Positions 1-11,505 of a DNA stretch of 64,000 nt are shown in pieces (position 1 is the stretch's first letter; every line of letters starts with the position of its first letter). Where the stretch lies: contig NC_043001.1 in NCBI RefSeq assembly GCF_006345805.1, forward strand, positions 53,258,001-53,322,000, written 5' to 3'. Source of the DNA: Octopus sinensis. Taxonomy: Eukaryota. The notes below the pieces were generated by a model, which had not been told where the DNA came from, ran no database searches, and saw nothing but the letters and a program-made list of their open reading frames with translations. The position numbers were made by a program, and so were the translations under genes.

Positions 1-600
1 GAGCAGATTAATCTTTAGGATTTGTTTAGGATTTATTTCAAAATCGTTCTTGTAGACCTTTAAAGAAATTCTAGGCCTTAAAGGAAAAGAAGTTTATATT
101 TTACCTTTAAAAGCGTATTCAGTCATATTTGTTGCTTCAAGATTTATTATTCTTAAATTATTTCTGGTAACTATCTTGTGTTTTCTTTTTCGTGATCTCC
201 TTCCTACGTAGATCGTGATATAGAGCAATAATCAAATTATAGATATTTCCTGTTTTGTGAGGGGGAATCAAAACACCTTCTTTAGATTATAAATTCCTAT
301 AATTCGTCTTCAACGACATCGAGATGTTTGTTAGATGGTGTGTATCTCCCCGTTTTGAAATTTCTTGTAATTACATCTGTCTTGTTGCTATCTTGACTTA
401 TTCCTTTATTTTCTTGTTCAAGTTTCTTTTCGAAATACTAAACATTCCATCATATTCTGTATACGAATTCCTTAGTTTTGTTTATTAGATCTTTGAAATA
501 TTCCTTGTTAGATGGTACGGGAATGTATTTTAAAGAGACATCCGATTTTTCATATTCCCAATTTTCCAGTGGAATGTTGAAGTTAATTTTGATATATATA
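1..600 (-). mobile_element. Penelope-like retroelement (PLE), N-terminal part of the RT ORF, decayed; continues off the window start
   Basis: Minus-strand translation with stops gives SLKYIPVPSNKEYFKDLINKTKEFVYRI*W...FKTGRYTPSNKHLDVVEDEL...PHKTGNIY...MTEYAFK..SFPLRPRISLK..KNDFEINPK. It is homologous by eye to MTEYA..SFISLRPGISL..KHNFETDPK at 38213-38434. Confidence 0.75.
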
Positions 601-626
601 TTACATATGTTTTAATATAATAAGAA

Positions 627-633
627 TTAACAT

Positions 634-680
<47 letters not shown>

Positions 681-726
681 CTACATATTTTAATATACAT
701 ACATAAAAAAATACATAGACCCCCCC

Positions 727-769
<43 letters not shown>

Positions 770-770
770 T
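627..770. repeat. Compound (TA)n/(GA)n/(CA)n microsatellite
   Basis: Directly visible; it explains the low-complexity ORFs 530..802 and 601..786. Confidence 0.95.
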
Positions 771-1370
771 GTAAATATAAATACATAAGAGGTACTCATC
801 ATAGGATACTTGGCACACTAGAAGGAATAGCCACAATCCAAACGACTATTAGGGATAAATTTCGAAGGGAATGAAAGAATAAAAACATTTACCATCTATC
901 TCCTGGACCATGGTTTCTGACTCTATATTAGCAAAAAAATAATAATTTGCCAGGCAGTGTTCTTCATCAACAGGTACGCCAAGATTAAACATATAAATAC
1001 AAGGCAATCCTTTATGTGCCCCGTGCTTATATATTATCATTATTCAAATCCATCGCGCAAGCGCAGTTCTTTTTGGGTTTTTTTTTGTCGGCAGCAAATA
1101 AAATAATGCCGGCGTTACTTCGAAAATTTGCCAAAAATTATCAATAATTATTATCAGGGTAAGAAAAAATTTTAGAAATTTTTCCTAACAGTGGCCTAGC
1201 GTGTGTGAAAATTAGTCAATGGACTATATATAATAGCCAAAATCCAAACCAGCAAAAATTTGTGTCTCTATCTACCTTCCTTTAACTGCACCACTAAGAA
1301 CATCACTCTCTTCTCTTTATCTTTCCCTTCAGATAACTTTTAAACCACGAAACACGTATTCTTTTTTTTT

Positions 1371-1752
1371 CTACTCTAGGCACAAGGCCAGAAAATTTTG
1401 GGGGAGGGCGAGTCCATTAGATGGACCCCAGTACAGATCTGGTACTTAATTTATTGGCCCCGAAAGGATAAAAGGCAAAGTGGACCTCGGCGGAATTTGA
1501 ACTCAGAACGTAGCGGCAGACGAAATATTTATTTCTTAACTACCCACAAGAGAATAAACACAGACGGGACAAACAAGAACAGACAAACAGATTAAGTCGA
1601 TTACATCGACCCCAATGCGTAACTGGTACTTAATTTATCGACCCCGAAAGGATGAAAGGCAATGTCGACCTCGGCGGAATTTGAACTCAGAACGTAACAG
1701 CAGACGAAATACGGCTACGCATTTTGCCCGGCGTGCTAACGTTTCTGTCAGG
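1371..1752 (-). mobile_element. Two partial copies of a tRNA-derived SINE (Meta-like central domain)
   Basis: The minus strand has B-box GAGTTCAAATTCC followed by GCCGAGGTCGAC..GCCTTTCATCCTTTCGGGGTCGATAAATTAAGTACCAG, twice (about 1371-1527 and 1590-1752). The same family lies on + at about 50083. Confidence 0.8.
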
Positions 1753-1831
1753 TCACAGATTTGAAGAAGTAGATTATTATATGGATTGGTGTCTGATACG
1801 TGTCTTTTTATTTGACAACCATCCATCAACC

Positions 1832-1867
<36 letters not shown>

Positions 1868-2313
1868 TAGCAACCATCTATATGCTTGTTGTTTCTCCAC
1901 CTAACAAAGTACCTAATGCTGGTCAATGTTTGCAAAATTACGTTTATCCATTACCTTGCTTAAAATTATATTGATTCAAATTTTGTTTAGTTGGTGAATT
2001 TTTGTTTATTCTCATTGTGTTCTAATCTCTGTTGCTAGGATATGGAATTAATTTGGTAAATACATATACTATTTAACTAAAAACCAAAATCGCATTACTT
2101 AGTGTCTAACATATTGTATCATACGTTAACACCAGACAACGTTATACATGCTTATTTTTTAAAACTTTCGTTAGTGTAAATACAATGCTTGTAAATATTG
2201 TAATCTGGATCATTTTCACTTGCCTACATATTAAATGTTTTCTCGCATGTCGTCGTAATACTGGAAAAGCTTCTTTAAAATATATCTTTGTGGAAAGAAA
2301 CTACTATAAATCT

Positions 2314-2374
2314 TATATAACTGAAGATGGCAAATTTTCTTTACCAAAGGCCCAAACTTAGCTAAATATTGTAA
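2314..2374 (+). ncRNA. Degenerate type I hammerhead ribozyme relic
   Basis: TATAA-CTGAAGA-T-GGC...GCC-CAAA(for GAAA)-C-TTAGCTAA-A-TA-TTGTA, with stem I TATAA/TTGTA and a palindromic stem III. Confidence 0.55.
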
Positions 2375-4079
2375 AAATGATTTATTGACAAATGTATAAT
2401 AATTAACACATGGAACTATTTACAAAATGTTCATATATCCTACAAAAACCTAAAGTATTTAGACGAATTAAACTCAAATTAGTTATATATTTCCACATAT
2501 ATATACATACATTTAAATTTACTGAATGTACTAAAAATTAGGTACTGCCTTTAACGATTGGTAACAATTTTTAACAATTTGTAACCCGTCCTTATTCAAA
2601 CTTTCCTCCTTATTATGTCTACATTTCTTTTATATGCAACATATACACTATCCGACTATGTATTTCAATACAGAGCAAGTATATGCTTTCTACCTTATAA
2701 ACTTATACGATGTTATTTTACTACTTCCTTATAGTCGACTAATTGTTTAACTTGGAGACTATTTCTAACCCTGTTAACTATTTTACACTGTACACTCGTG
2801 CACGATATTATTCTAATTATCCGATTTTATTGAGCTAAATATATATCTCCCGAAATGTTTATAGATTTCAACACGTTAAATTTCATTAAGTATTACTTAA
2901 GCTCGGTTGTTTCACAATTAAATACATTCTTTACTGTAATCCAAATTTTCCCTTATTTCGTTACCTATTCAATATGTCAACTTAGTTTGAGCTATCTTAA
3001 TATTTCACAGTTTACATATTCATTCACATTTATTAAACATCGTTCATTATTATTCCTTCATCATTTGTCCTACTCCGAACAGTCTTTAATTCAACTACAC
3101 TCCACTTTTCCGGGCGCCGATGACTTATCCCTGATAGTTTTGAAATTCAGGTTCTGATTTGTTTAATCAAAAATTCCTATATTTACAGCTTTAGTACGGA
3201 TTGTTATGATAGGTTTTAGATTTTCGGTATACGGTTACATAACTACTGTACCGTCTCTTTTCTTTTAACTTACCTTAACTTAATGTTTTTTCTACATTAA
3301 AATACATTCATAATCAACTAATTTCCTTTGCAACATTTTATTAATGCATATATGTGTTCCATTTAAATACCTACAGCACTTTATTAATTTAAACTATTAT
3401 TGATTTGGTGTCACAAATTTATTCCTTCATATTTATATGTACCCTTTCACATTAGCTTCTGTTATGTTACTGTCAAACGTATTTAGTTTCAAATTTTCCA
3501 TTATCAACAAAATTTCAATTCTTTAACAACGGAAGATAATCTTACAACTTTCAACATTTTTTATGTAGTTTTCACAAATCCGTAAATTCTACTGGACTAG
3601 AAATATCACCTTCATAATTTTCCATCATACAATTTCTTCATGTCAAATGACTCAATACTTCTCTTTCCATAAATAGTATGCAGACATCCTGTCAAGTGAC
3701 GATCATATTTAAGATTCAATAAGTTCTACATACTTCTGTACGCATACTTTTCGCAACTATTTATAAATTGTTAATTTTACTTCCATCATTTGGACCATTC
3801 CATTAGGAATGAAAAGATTTTGCAATATGTAGGCAATCATTTACCTAAACACAATGCTACGGAAGAAGTTTAGACATTTCATTGAAGCTAAAGCAGATTT
3901 ATGGATTAAATCGTCCAAGTACGCACGCACGCGCACACACACACATATCTATGTATATTATCTGTATGTGCGTGTACATATATAAATGTATGTGCGTATA
4001 CTGAAGAAGCGAAAGAGAGATAGGAATGTAACACACACACACACTCACACAAACACACACATACATATTTATGGATGTA

Positions 4080-4490
4080 TCAGGCTGAATGAAAAAGTGA
4101 GCAACGCTTTGGAACATGAAATTCAACACGATATATTTTTAAAATGTGGACATTTTATACATGAAAGTAAGTACCAATACAATCGACACATTTTCGCCGA
4201 GTTAGAAGATTTTTTATTCCGGTAACATAAAAATCTGGAGTTCTGTACCTGATAAACTCTTTGAACGCGCTTTCGGCATAGGTTTGATTTTTGAACTTCT
4301 TCCATCACAGGACACCTTCAAGCTACTTGAAAAAGTGGTGGTCGGTAGGAGAAAGGTCCGGGGAATAGGCTGGTTGGGAAAGAACTTCGTAGCCAAGTTC
4401 CCTTATTTTCTGGAGCATCATTAGGGAAACTTGTGGTCGTGCATTGTCATGAAGAATGATTGGCTCTCTCCTGTCGAATAGTCTGTAAAT
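4080..4490 (-). mobile_element. Mariner (DD34D) transposon 3' remnant with TIR
   Basis: Minus translation PIILHDNARPQ...QPAYSPDLSPTDHHFFK...GIKNLLTRRKCVDCIGTYF; TA + TCAGGCTGAATGAAAAAGT TIR-like end at 4078. Confidence 0.85.
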
Positions 4491-4512
4491 TTGTAAAATG
4501 TTATATTATCAA

Positions 4513-4897
4513 TCTCTCTATATATAAACGGCAGTTTGTCTGTGCGTGTTTCTGTGTGTCTGTTTGCTTGTACCCTCACCCTGACCACGGCTTTCAACCG
4601 ATTCTGATGAAACTTGACACACACATAGCCCAATGTCATAATTCAAAACTAACGCAGCGAAAATTTTGAAAAGTTCCCCCAGTTCTGAAAAAAATCGATA
4701 AATTCGACATGGGGTCGAGAATCAGAAACACGAACCACAAACTGTCTAGGGGATGCAACTGCACCTTTTTTAAATCTCAAAAAAAAATTTACCATCATTT
4801 TTTTCCATTTTTTTGCTATTTTTTGGCTATAACTCTCTAAAAATGCTTTATAGTTATTTCCCTTACAAACCTGAGCAACGCCGGGCGATACTGCTAG
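4513..4897 (+). mobile_element. Non-autonomous Helitron
   Basis: A|TCTCTCTATATATAAA 5' end; 3' GAGCAACGCCGGGCGATACTGCTAG|T with a GC-rich subterminal motif; inserted between A and T. Confidence 0.85.
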
Positions 4898-6329
4898 TTA
4901 TTGATAAAACGGTTCCTCATTACCTATATGTAGGAATCGTACGATATAAAGATATTTCGGAAGTCAAGAGGTAATTCAAACACCCCTAAAAAAGAATCTA
5001 TTCTGTGAACTAAATAACTGTAGTACCGAAATGAAAAAATTATATTTCACGTGAAGTAACTCCTTACATGCATCAATATAAGTTTAGTCAGATTACTATA
5101 TGAAATAGAATTTATGTGCACCCAGTTGCAAATTAGCACATTTCTTAAAATATTGTATTTAACCATAAAATACAAGTAGTGGAAGGGAATTTAATATCGC
5201 TACTACAATTAGGCACTTTCTTCAAACGTACACACACACGCACAAACACAGACACACACAGACATACACACACAAATACCCACAGACATACACACATGCA
5301 CACATACACAAACCACAAACTCTTATATCTTTATGCATATCTATACACAGTCACGCACATGTATTTATATAAAGAAATATGAGATTCATCTGTAATTTGG
5401 GAAAAAGATACGTTGGCTTTAATATCGGATGTAAGATCTTCGAAAGATATACTTGATAAAGTAACTAGATAAAATGATGCTAATTATGTGTCACAGAAAA
5501 AAATCCAACTAAAACACCTTACCACAAATTATATCATTTCATGAGTTCCATATAAGTGATGTTTAAGAAATACCGATTATTTGATGAGTACTTTTCAATT
5601 TGAAACAAAATCATAGTGCAGCTAGATTAATTTGGCTGGCATAAATCTTAAATAATCTATAAAATCTCCAAGGTTTGTATACTCCTGAATAAACGATGAC
5701 TTTAGCAGCTCTTTAAACCTACTCATATACTTCTATGTTATTAACTTAATAATCTTCATGATTTTTCTAACTTCTGATTAAATTATTTCATTGTTTATTT
5801 TCCCATAGTAAAGCGGTCTTTGCCACTGCTGTAACTGTCTTTTGATGACCGTTGTCGCTCTGACCGATATTGTTATATTCCGAAGTCGTCGATAGAATGT
5901 TTCTATCTAGTACTGAACGACCCCCAGTCGTACACTGCTATTATCATTAAACGGTCGGATCATTATAACGTCCACTCACTCTCACAGTATAATTACTATA
6001 TCAGCACAGACACGATTATTAACACAGTCTACACATACTCTCAAACTTCTTACCTTCGACCTTCCTCTCTGTTGATCAGCTACTATTTATACTAGTTGTC
6101 TACTACTACCACTTTTTAAAACTTTTCCACATATATAGATGCTGTTCTAAACTACCTATGCTTAAATAACTTGTTCTTAACTAGATGCAACATGTGCTGC
6201 CTCTTACAAAATCTTTGTGTTTAAGATCGCAATATGTAATGCATCAATACTTACGTCTTGAATATGTGTGCGTGTTTGTGTTTATGTATCTGTGTGTGTA
6301 TGTGCGTGTGTATGCGCGCGTGTGTGTGT

Positions 6330-7020
6330 ATGTATATGTATATCAGGTAACTTGTGAGGTCTACCATGAGTGCTATTGATACCATGGAATCCTGTACAAC
6401 CTCTTTCATGGTTGCGTCGTCCGCAACTAAACCGGGAGCCATCACTAGGCTTGCCTGGTGAGGAGGGCTACTGGAAACTCAGTAGGCCTAATATGTCAAA
6501 AGTACGGATAAATGTAGTGTAGGTTCAACGACTATTTAGCAATATCCCAGGCCCTCAGAATTTGAGTGTTGAAACTCCAATTGGAGTGAGACAGGTCTTC
6601 GGTTTTTTTAAACCATGTATATAGGAGAACGTCACATTGATATGAAACTAGATAAGCTGGGAACAGCATTGTACATTTAGGGACTCTTTAGATTGCGCTT
6701 GAGATCCTACATTTCTGAGTCTGCGACTCACATTCACGCTGGATTTCTTGCCCAAGCTTGTATCTCTGGACCATGCCAGTAGGGTGGAAAGGGTCTCTGA
6801 GGTGGTGGAGAAGCCTTATGGGTCCTAAAATTTTATGTTATGCAACAGTCGAAAAAACAACTATGTGATGCCAGGTTGAGGAGGAGGGCATCACAGTAAG
6901 CATGCAAGCTGCGAGTGCGAACCCCCTGGTTCAATGCACAGGCATTCCTGTTATTTTTCTTGGGCAATCCTGAACAATAGCCTTCTTCTCTCACGAGTGG
7001 ACAGCCATCGTTATCATCTT
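6330..7020 (+). mobile_element. Probable RTE-derived non-autonomous retroelement
   Basis: The 3' end CTCTCACGAGTGGACAGCCATC followed by (TA)n resembles the RTE 3' end at 12945-12970 (CTCGATAACGAGGGGGCAGCCATC); no ORF. Confidence 0.45.
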
Positions 7021-7401
7021 GTATATATATATATATATAAATTAGATTAGAGATAAATTTGGATTTACTCGCTAATATTATTATTATTATGTATATATAT
7101 ATATATATATTAAGCAATGTAATTAACCATATATAACGTATACTTCAGATGTATTTTCGTCTCAGTCAGCCTTTTAAATGCCATGTACTTTCACAGAGTC
7201 ACATGGTCGGATGAGATTTCGTTGCCCCTTATATAGAAAAATGAAGTACTTCACTGATATTGCCAATAATTGTAGGTCTGGGAGATTTTGCAGGCTCTGT
7301 ACACTTTACATATGATACATTGATGGCTATTTTAATCAAATAGGGCTTAAATAGTGAATGCATTACTATTCCGCAGAGTTAAAGATGGTAGAAAGAGTGT
7401 G

Positions 7402-7439
7402 CCCTTAATGCTGCGAGCATGGCTCTTCGTCAGAAAGAG
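7402..7439 (-). ncRNA. Degenerate minimal hammerhead relic
   Basis: Minus strand CTCTTT-CTGACGA-A-GAGC-CAT-GCTC-GCAG(for GAAA)-CATT-AAGGG. Confidence 0.55.
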
Positions 7440-8149
7440 AAAAGGGGGAAAAAAGGAAAGAGGGAAGAAATAATCCAAGTAAAACCTATGTTTGGTCAAC
7501 TTTATCAACTGCGCATACTCAATGTATGTGCTTTACTTATTCGCATTTATGCTGCAGCTTGTGCAGTGAGGATAACTCCCTCAATGGCAGGTATTAAAAC
7601 ACATGTAAGTAACAGATAGATGGGACAACGCACACCACAATGGCAAAATATCGATGTCCGTCGCTCCTGAATGGGATTTGTGTGTGTTTGTTTGTGTGTG
7701 TGTGTGTGCGCGCTCCTCCGTGTTTGTGTGTGTTTGTGGAAGTGTTTGAGCATGAGTGTGTGTTTATTTAGTTCTTAAATCAGACGTGCAAATGGCGAAT
7801 TCTCAATAAAATCTGGTGAGCTCTGTTTTAGACAATGCATCGGTCTGCCCAGGGTACATAGATAATGTTAGAATAGAATATATCCCCAAGAATACCACTT
7901 CTTTGCTGCAGCCAATGGTTTAATGTGCAACGTCTAGCTTCAAGACGTATTATATGAGAACTTTTAAGAAACTTGTGAAAGAAATTGATACGGTGGATAA
8001 ACCTACATTCAGAGAATTCTGAAAGAAATTCAATATATATGATTTTGTGGATAATATAACCAAGTCATGTGATAAAGTGAAACCTCCAGCTTTAGATAGA
8101 GCTTGGAAAAGTATATGACCAGATTGTATGCCTGACATTACAAGTACTC

Positions 8150-8520
8150 AAACGGAAAGTCTATATCAAATTCGGAAATATATTTTGACACTTGAAAAAA
8201 AATGTAGGATATGAAAAGGTCATAGATTTTGATGAGATTGTGTTGTTAGTATCTCAGAAAAAATTTTTTACCTACAAAGGAGCTGCAAAGAAAAAAAAAA
8301 CGCTGAGAGTACAGATAAAACTACGAAAATTCCCCCTACAATAATTATTGCCAAAGTGTTGGCATATAGAGAGAAATGTCTGAAAGATTTTTGCTGATAA
8401 TGATCCTAAACGTGAAAGTAATAAAAATTGCAAGAGGACATTGCAATGACCTCAGTTCTTATACTGTGTTGTGTTATAAACAACAGACAACTTTGGATAA
8501 ATTTTTCACCCCTCAAGCTG
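8150..8520 (+). mobile_element. Tigger/pogo-like transposase C-terminal relic
   Basis: Broken frames give DNDPKRES..KIARGH and KQQTTLDKFF, typical Tigger C-terminal motifs. Confidence 0.5.
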
Positions 8521-9072
8521 ACGTTTGTGATAATGGAGAATGATAGTAAATATTGAACCTTATCTTCTTAATAACACTCATTCACCACCACCCCTTGCAC
8601 AGTAGGCAACATCATTTGTTGTAAGGACGTACTTCGCGATATGACGGTTTTCTTTAAACGTATTCCTCTTGAAACGTATTTTTATGTACCTATATTGTTA
8701 CTTTTGTGTACAAAGCTGACTGCGTTGATTGTTCTGTTGTTTTCTTGTGTTTGTCTGTGTTTCTTTATTTTCTTCCTTTCTCTTTCTTCTCAAGAAATTC
8801 CGTAGGAACGCAATCTCAGTTGATATTATGAATGCAGTTAAAAAATATATTTCACATTACAAATCTTCGTGTTATGGCCATATTTTTAGAAACGCATTAT
8901 TTCCGTAAACCTAGGCATTCCTCTATATACGTTGCCAAGCCGAGTCCATTAGAGCGGATGTTCGACAGGTTGTAACACTCAAGACAAAGTTGTTTCCCTT
9001 GTAAGAGCTAATGCTGCGAGAGGATGTTTCCTTCCTGCTTGCAGTTCAGAGTATTTTTGTGGTGTCACAAGC

Positions 9073-9120
9073 CTTACGACAGCTGAGCAAGTGCCGCTGC
9101 ACTTTCTCAGCTGTCGTAAG
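9073..9120. other. 48-nt near-perfect hairpin
   Basis: CTTACGACAGCTGAG-C-AAGTGC-CGCT-GCACTT-T-CTCAGCTGTCGTAAG: 15 bp, one mismatch, 6 bp, 4-nt loop. Confidence 0.9.
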
Positions 9121-9779
9121 ATAAAAAAAAAAATGAAATCATGTTTGAGAAGTCCTATAAATGTTATAAAATATATGTATGAATACAAAGAGAGAGAGAG
9201 AGAGAGAGAGAGAGAATGGTAAGTATTTAAAGAAAGATACACACATAAATTATATTATGTTTATATTCATGAATATATATGCGAATGAACATATGAACAT
9301 ATACATACTTGCACACACTTGCACACACCTGCACATACATATATGTTGATGCATATTCATATATATTGACGTAGTGGGAAAAAACATTTCTCCGAGCGAG
9401 TTTTATTACAGATTGTGCGTCTTCCTGTTGGATCTTAAACAAAAATTAAGAGCGTAACAATTGTAGAACCGTGAAAACGAAGATGTGGAAAAACATGGAG
9501 ATTTGTTTATTTGCTTAACTACAATTTTTCAAGCAGCCATTATTCGAGTCACAATTCACTCGATTTTCTGGAAACTTAGTATTGGAGATATTTAGTTGTT
9601 TGCTAAGTCAAAACATTAGCCGATGATGGGGAATAGAAACTTCATTGGATCTCGCTTTATCTATTCGCTGTCTTTTAAATTTATTTTCCTAGTACTTTAT
9701 TTGTTTTCACTACAGATATTTTTGCTACCTTTCTGTCTTGTTAGCAATACATACAAGTTTTTAATCTAATTTAATGTAA

Positions 9780-9780
9780 C

Positions 9781-9874
<94 letters not shown>

Positions 9875-9889
9875 TATATACATATATAT
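9780..9889. repeat. (TA)n microsatellite
   Basis: Directly visible. Confidence 0.95.
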
Positions 9890-9890
9890 C

Positions 9891-10259
9891 GTGGCACTCC
9901 GTCGGTTACGACGACGAGGGAACCAGTTAATGCGATGAACGGAACAGCCTGCTCGTGAAATTAACGTGCAAGTGGCTGAGCATTCCACATATAACTGTAC
10001 CTTTAAGGTAGTTCTCAGGGAGATTCAGCGTGATACAGAGAGTGACAAGGCTGGCCCTTTGAAATAAGGGTACAACAGAAACAGGAAGAAAGAGTGAGAG
10101 AAAGTTGTGGTGAAATTGTATAGTAGGGCTCGCCATCAGCCGCTCGTGGAGGTTTAGGTGTTTTCGCTGAATAAAAACTCACAACGCCCAGTATGCGAAT
10201 CGAAACCGCTATCCTACGACCGCGAATCGTCTGCTCTAACCACTGGGCCATTACCGCCT
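9891..10259 (-). mobile_element. tRNA-derived SINE
   Basis: Minus head GGCGGTAATGGCCCAGTGGTTAGAGC...GGTTTCGATTC (A/B boxes); body shared with the SINE at 41771-42175. Confidence 0.85.
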
Positions 10260-10704
10260 TACACACACACACAAATATATATGTATATATATGTTAAATT
10301 CAACCTACATTGAAAGTCAACAAAGTTTGCTTTAGATGCGTTGCGATGTATAGAAATAATTTTATGCTCAAACGCAGGATGATGTTAATAATATAGCATG
10401 AACATGATAAACTATCCATCGCGTTTGAGAATAAAATAATTTCCTTATATATATAAACAAATTATTATTTCAAAATATCAATTTATACCAGTGGCCAGCA
10501 TGCTTTAAAATGCATTTTTCGTGGTTAAACGATTTGGCGTCTAATTTCAGTATGTAAGGAAACCTCTTAGGAGCTTGCATATTATATTTGAGGTAATGCG
10601 TTTCTGAAAATATGGCCGTAACACGAAATTTTTAATGCGAAATTTAGTTTCCTACTACATTCATATTATGAATGAGATTGCGTTCCTACGGATATTCTTG
10701 AAAA

Positions 10705-10759
<55 letters not shown>

Positions 10760-11505
10760 CAGACACACACATGTGTGTATATATATGAATGTATGTATTT
10801 ATATTATTATATGACTGAATCGTAATAATTCTGATGCGTACACTATACGATCTTTTTACTCTTTTGTTGGTGTCTCTTTGCCTCTCTTAATCTTTTACCT
10901 CCTCTTCTCCCACTATTCTATCCTATTACTCTGTCACTCTGTTCCCTCAATCCTCCTCCCTTGCTCACATGGCTCCCAGGTGTCCATTGGCCATCTTTCA
11001 TTTTCCCACTAACCTGTGTTTCGATCTTTCTCTCCGTTGTAGCTTGAACAAGGGGGCGTGTTCGTGTCGGTCTCCTGTCCAAGCTTGACTTACGCGTTCA
11101 CAACCAAAACCACAACCTAGTGTAGTCTTAACAGCTCTCCCTGTTTGTTTTTACTATCCTGTTTGTGTTACTAATTTTGACCCTCTGCAAAATCCCAAAT
11201 TTCATATAATTTATTTTGCAGGAGCAACTGTTTTATTGAGAGCGTATATTGTTGTTAAATGCTCGAAATGCGAGAGTAGAAAAGCAGCCAACAACTAATG
11301 ATGGATCGTTCTTTATGTTGTTTGTCTTGCTTTCCATTTGTGTCTTTCGTTGTTCGATAAAATAGTTCATATATCATGTACTCGTACTTCGTATTATTTT
11401 GTTTTCACGTTTCATGATGTCCTATGCCGACATATGCATATATACATACATGTTGATGTAAGTATGTACATATACGTATTTATATATGCATATACATCTT
11501 TCTTT

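Noticed and set aside
4600-4620. CTGATGAAAC as a hammerhead core
   Set aside because: No stems; part of the standard Helitron internal motif.
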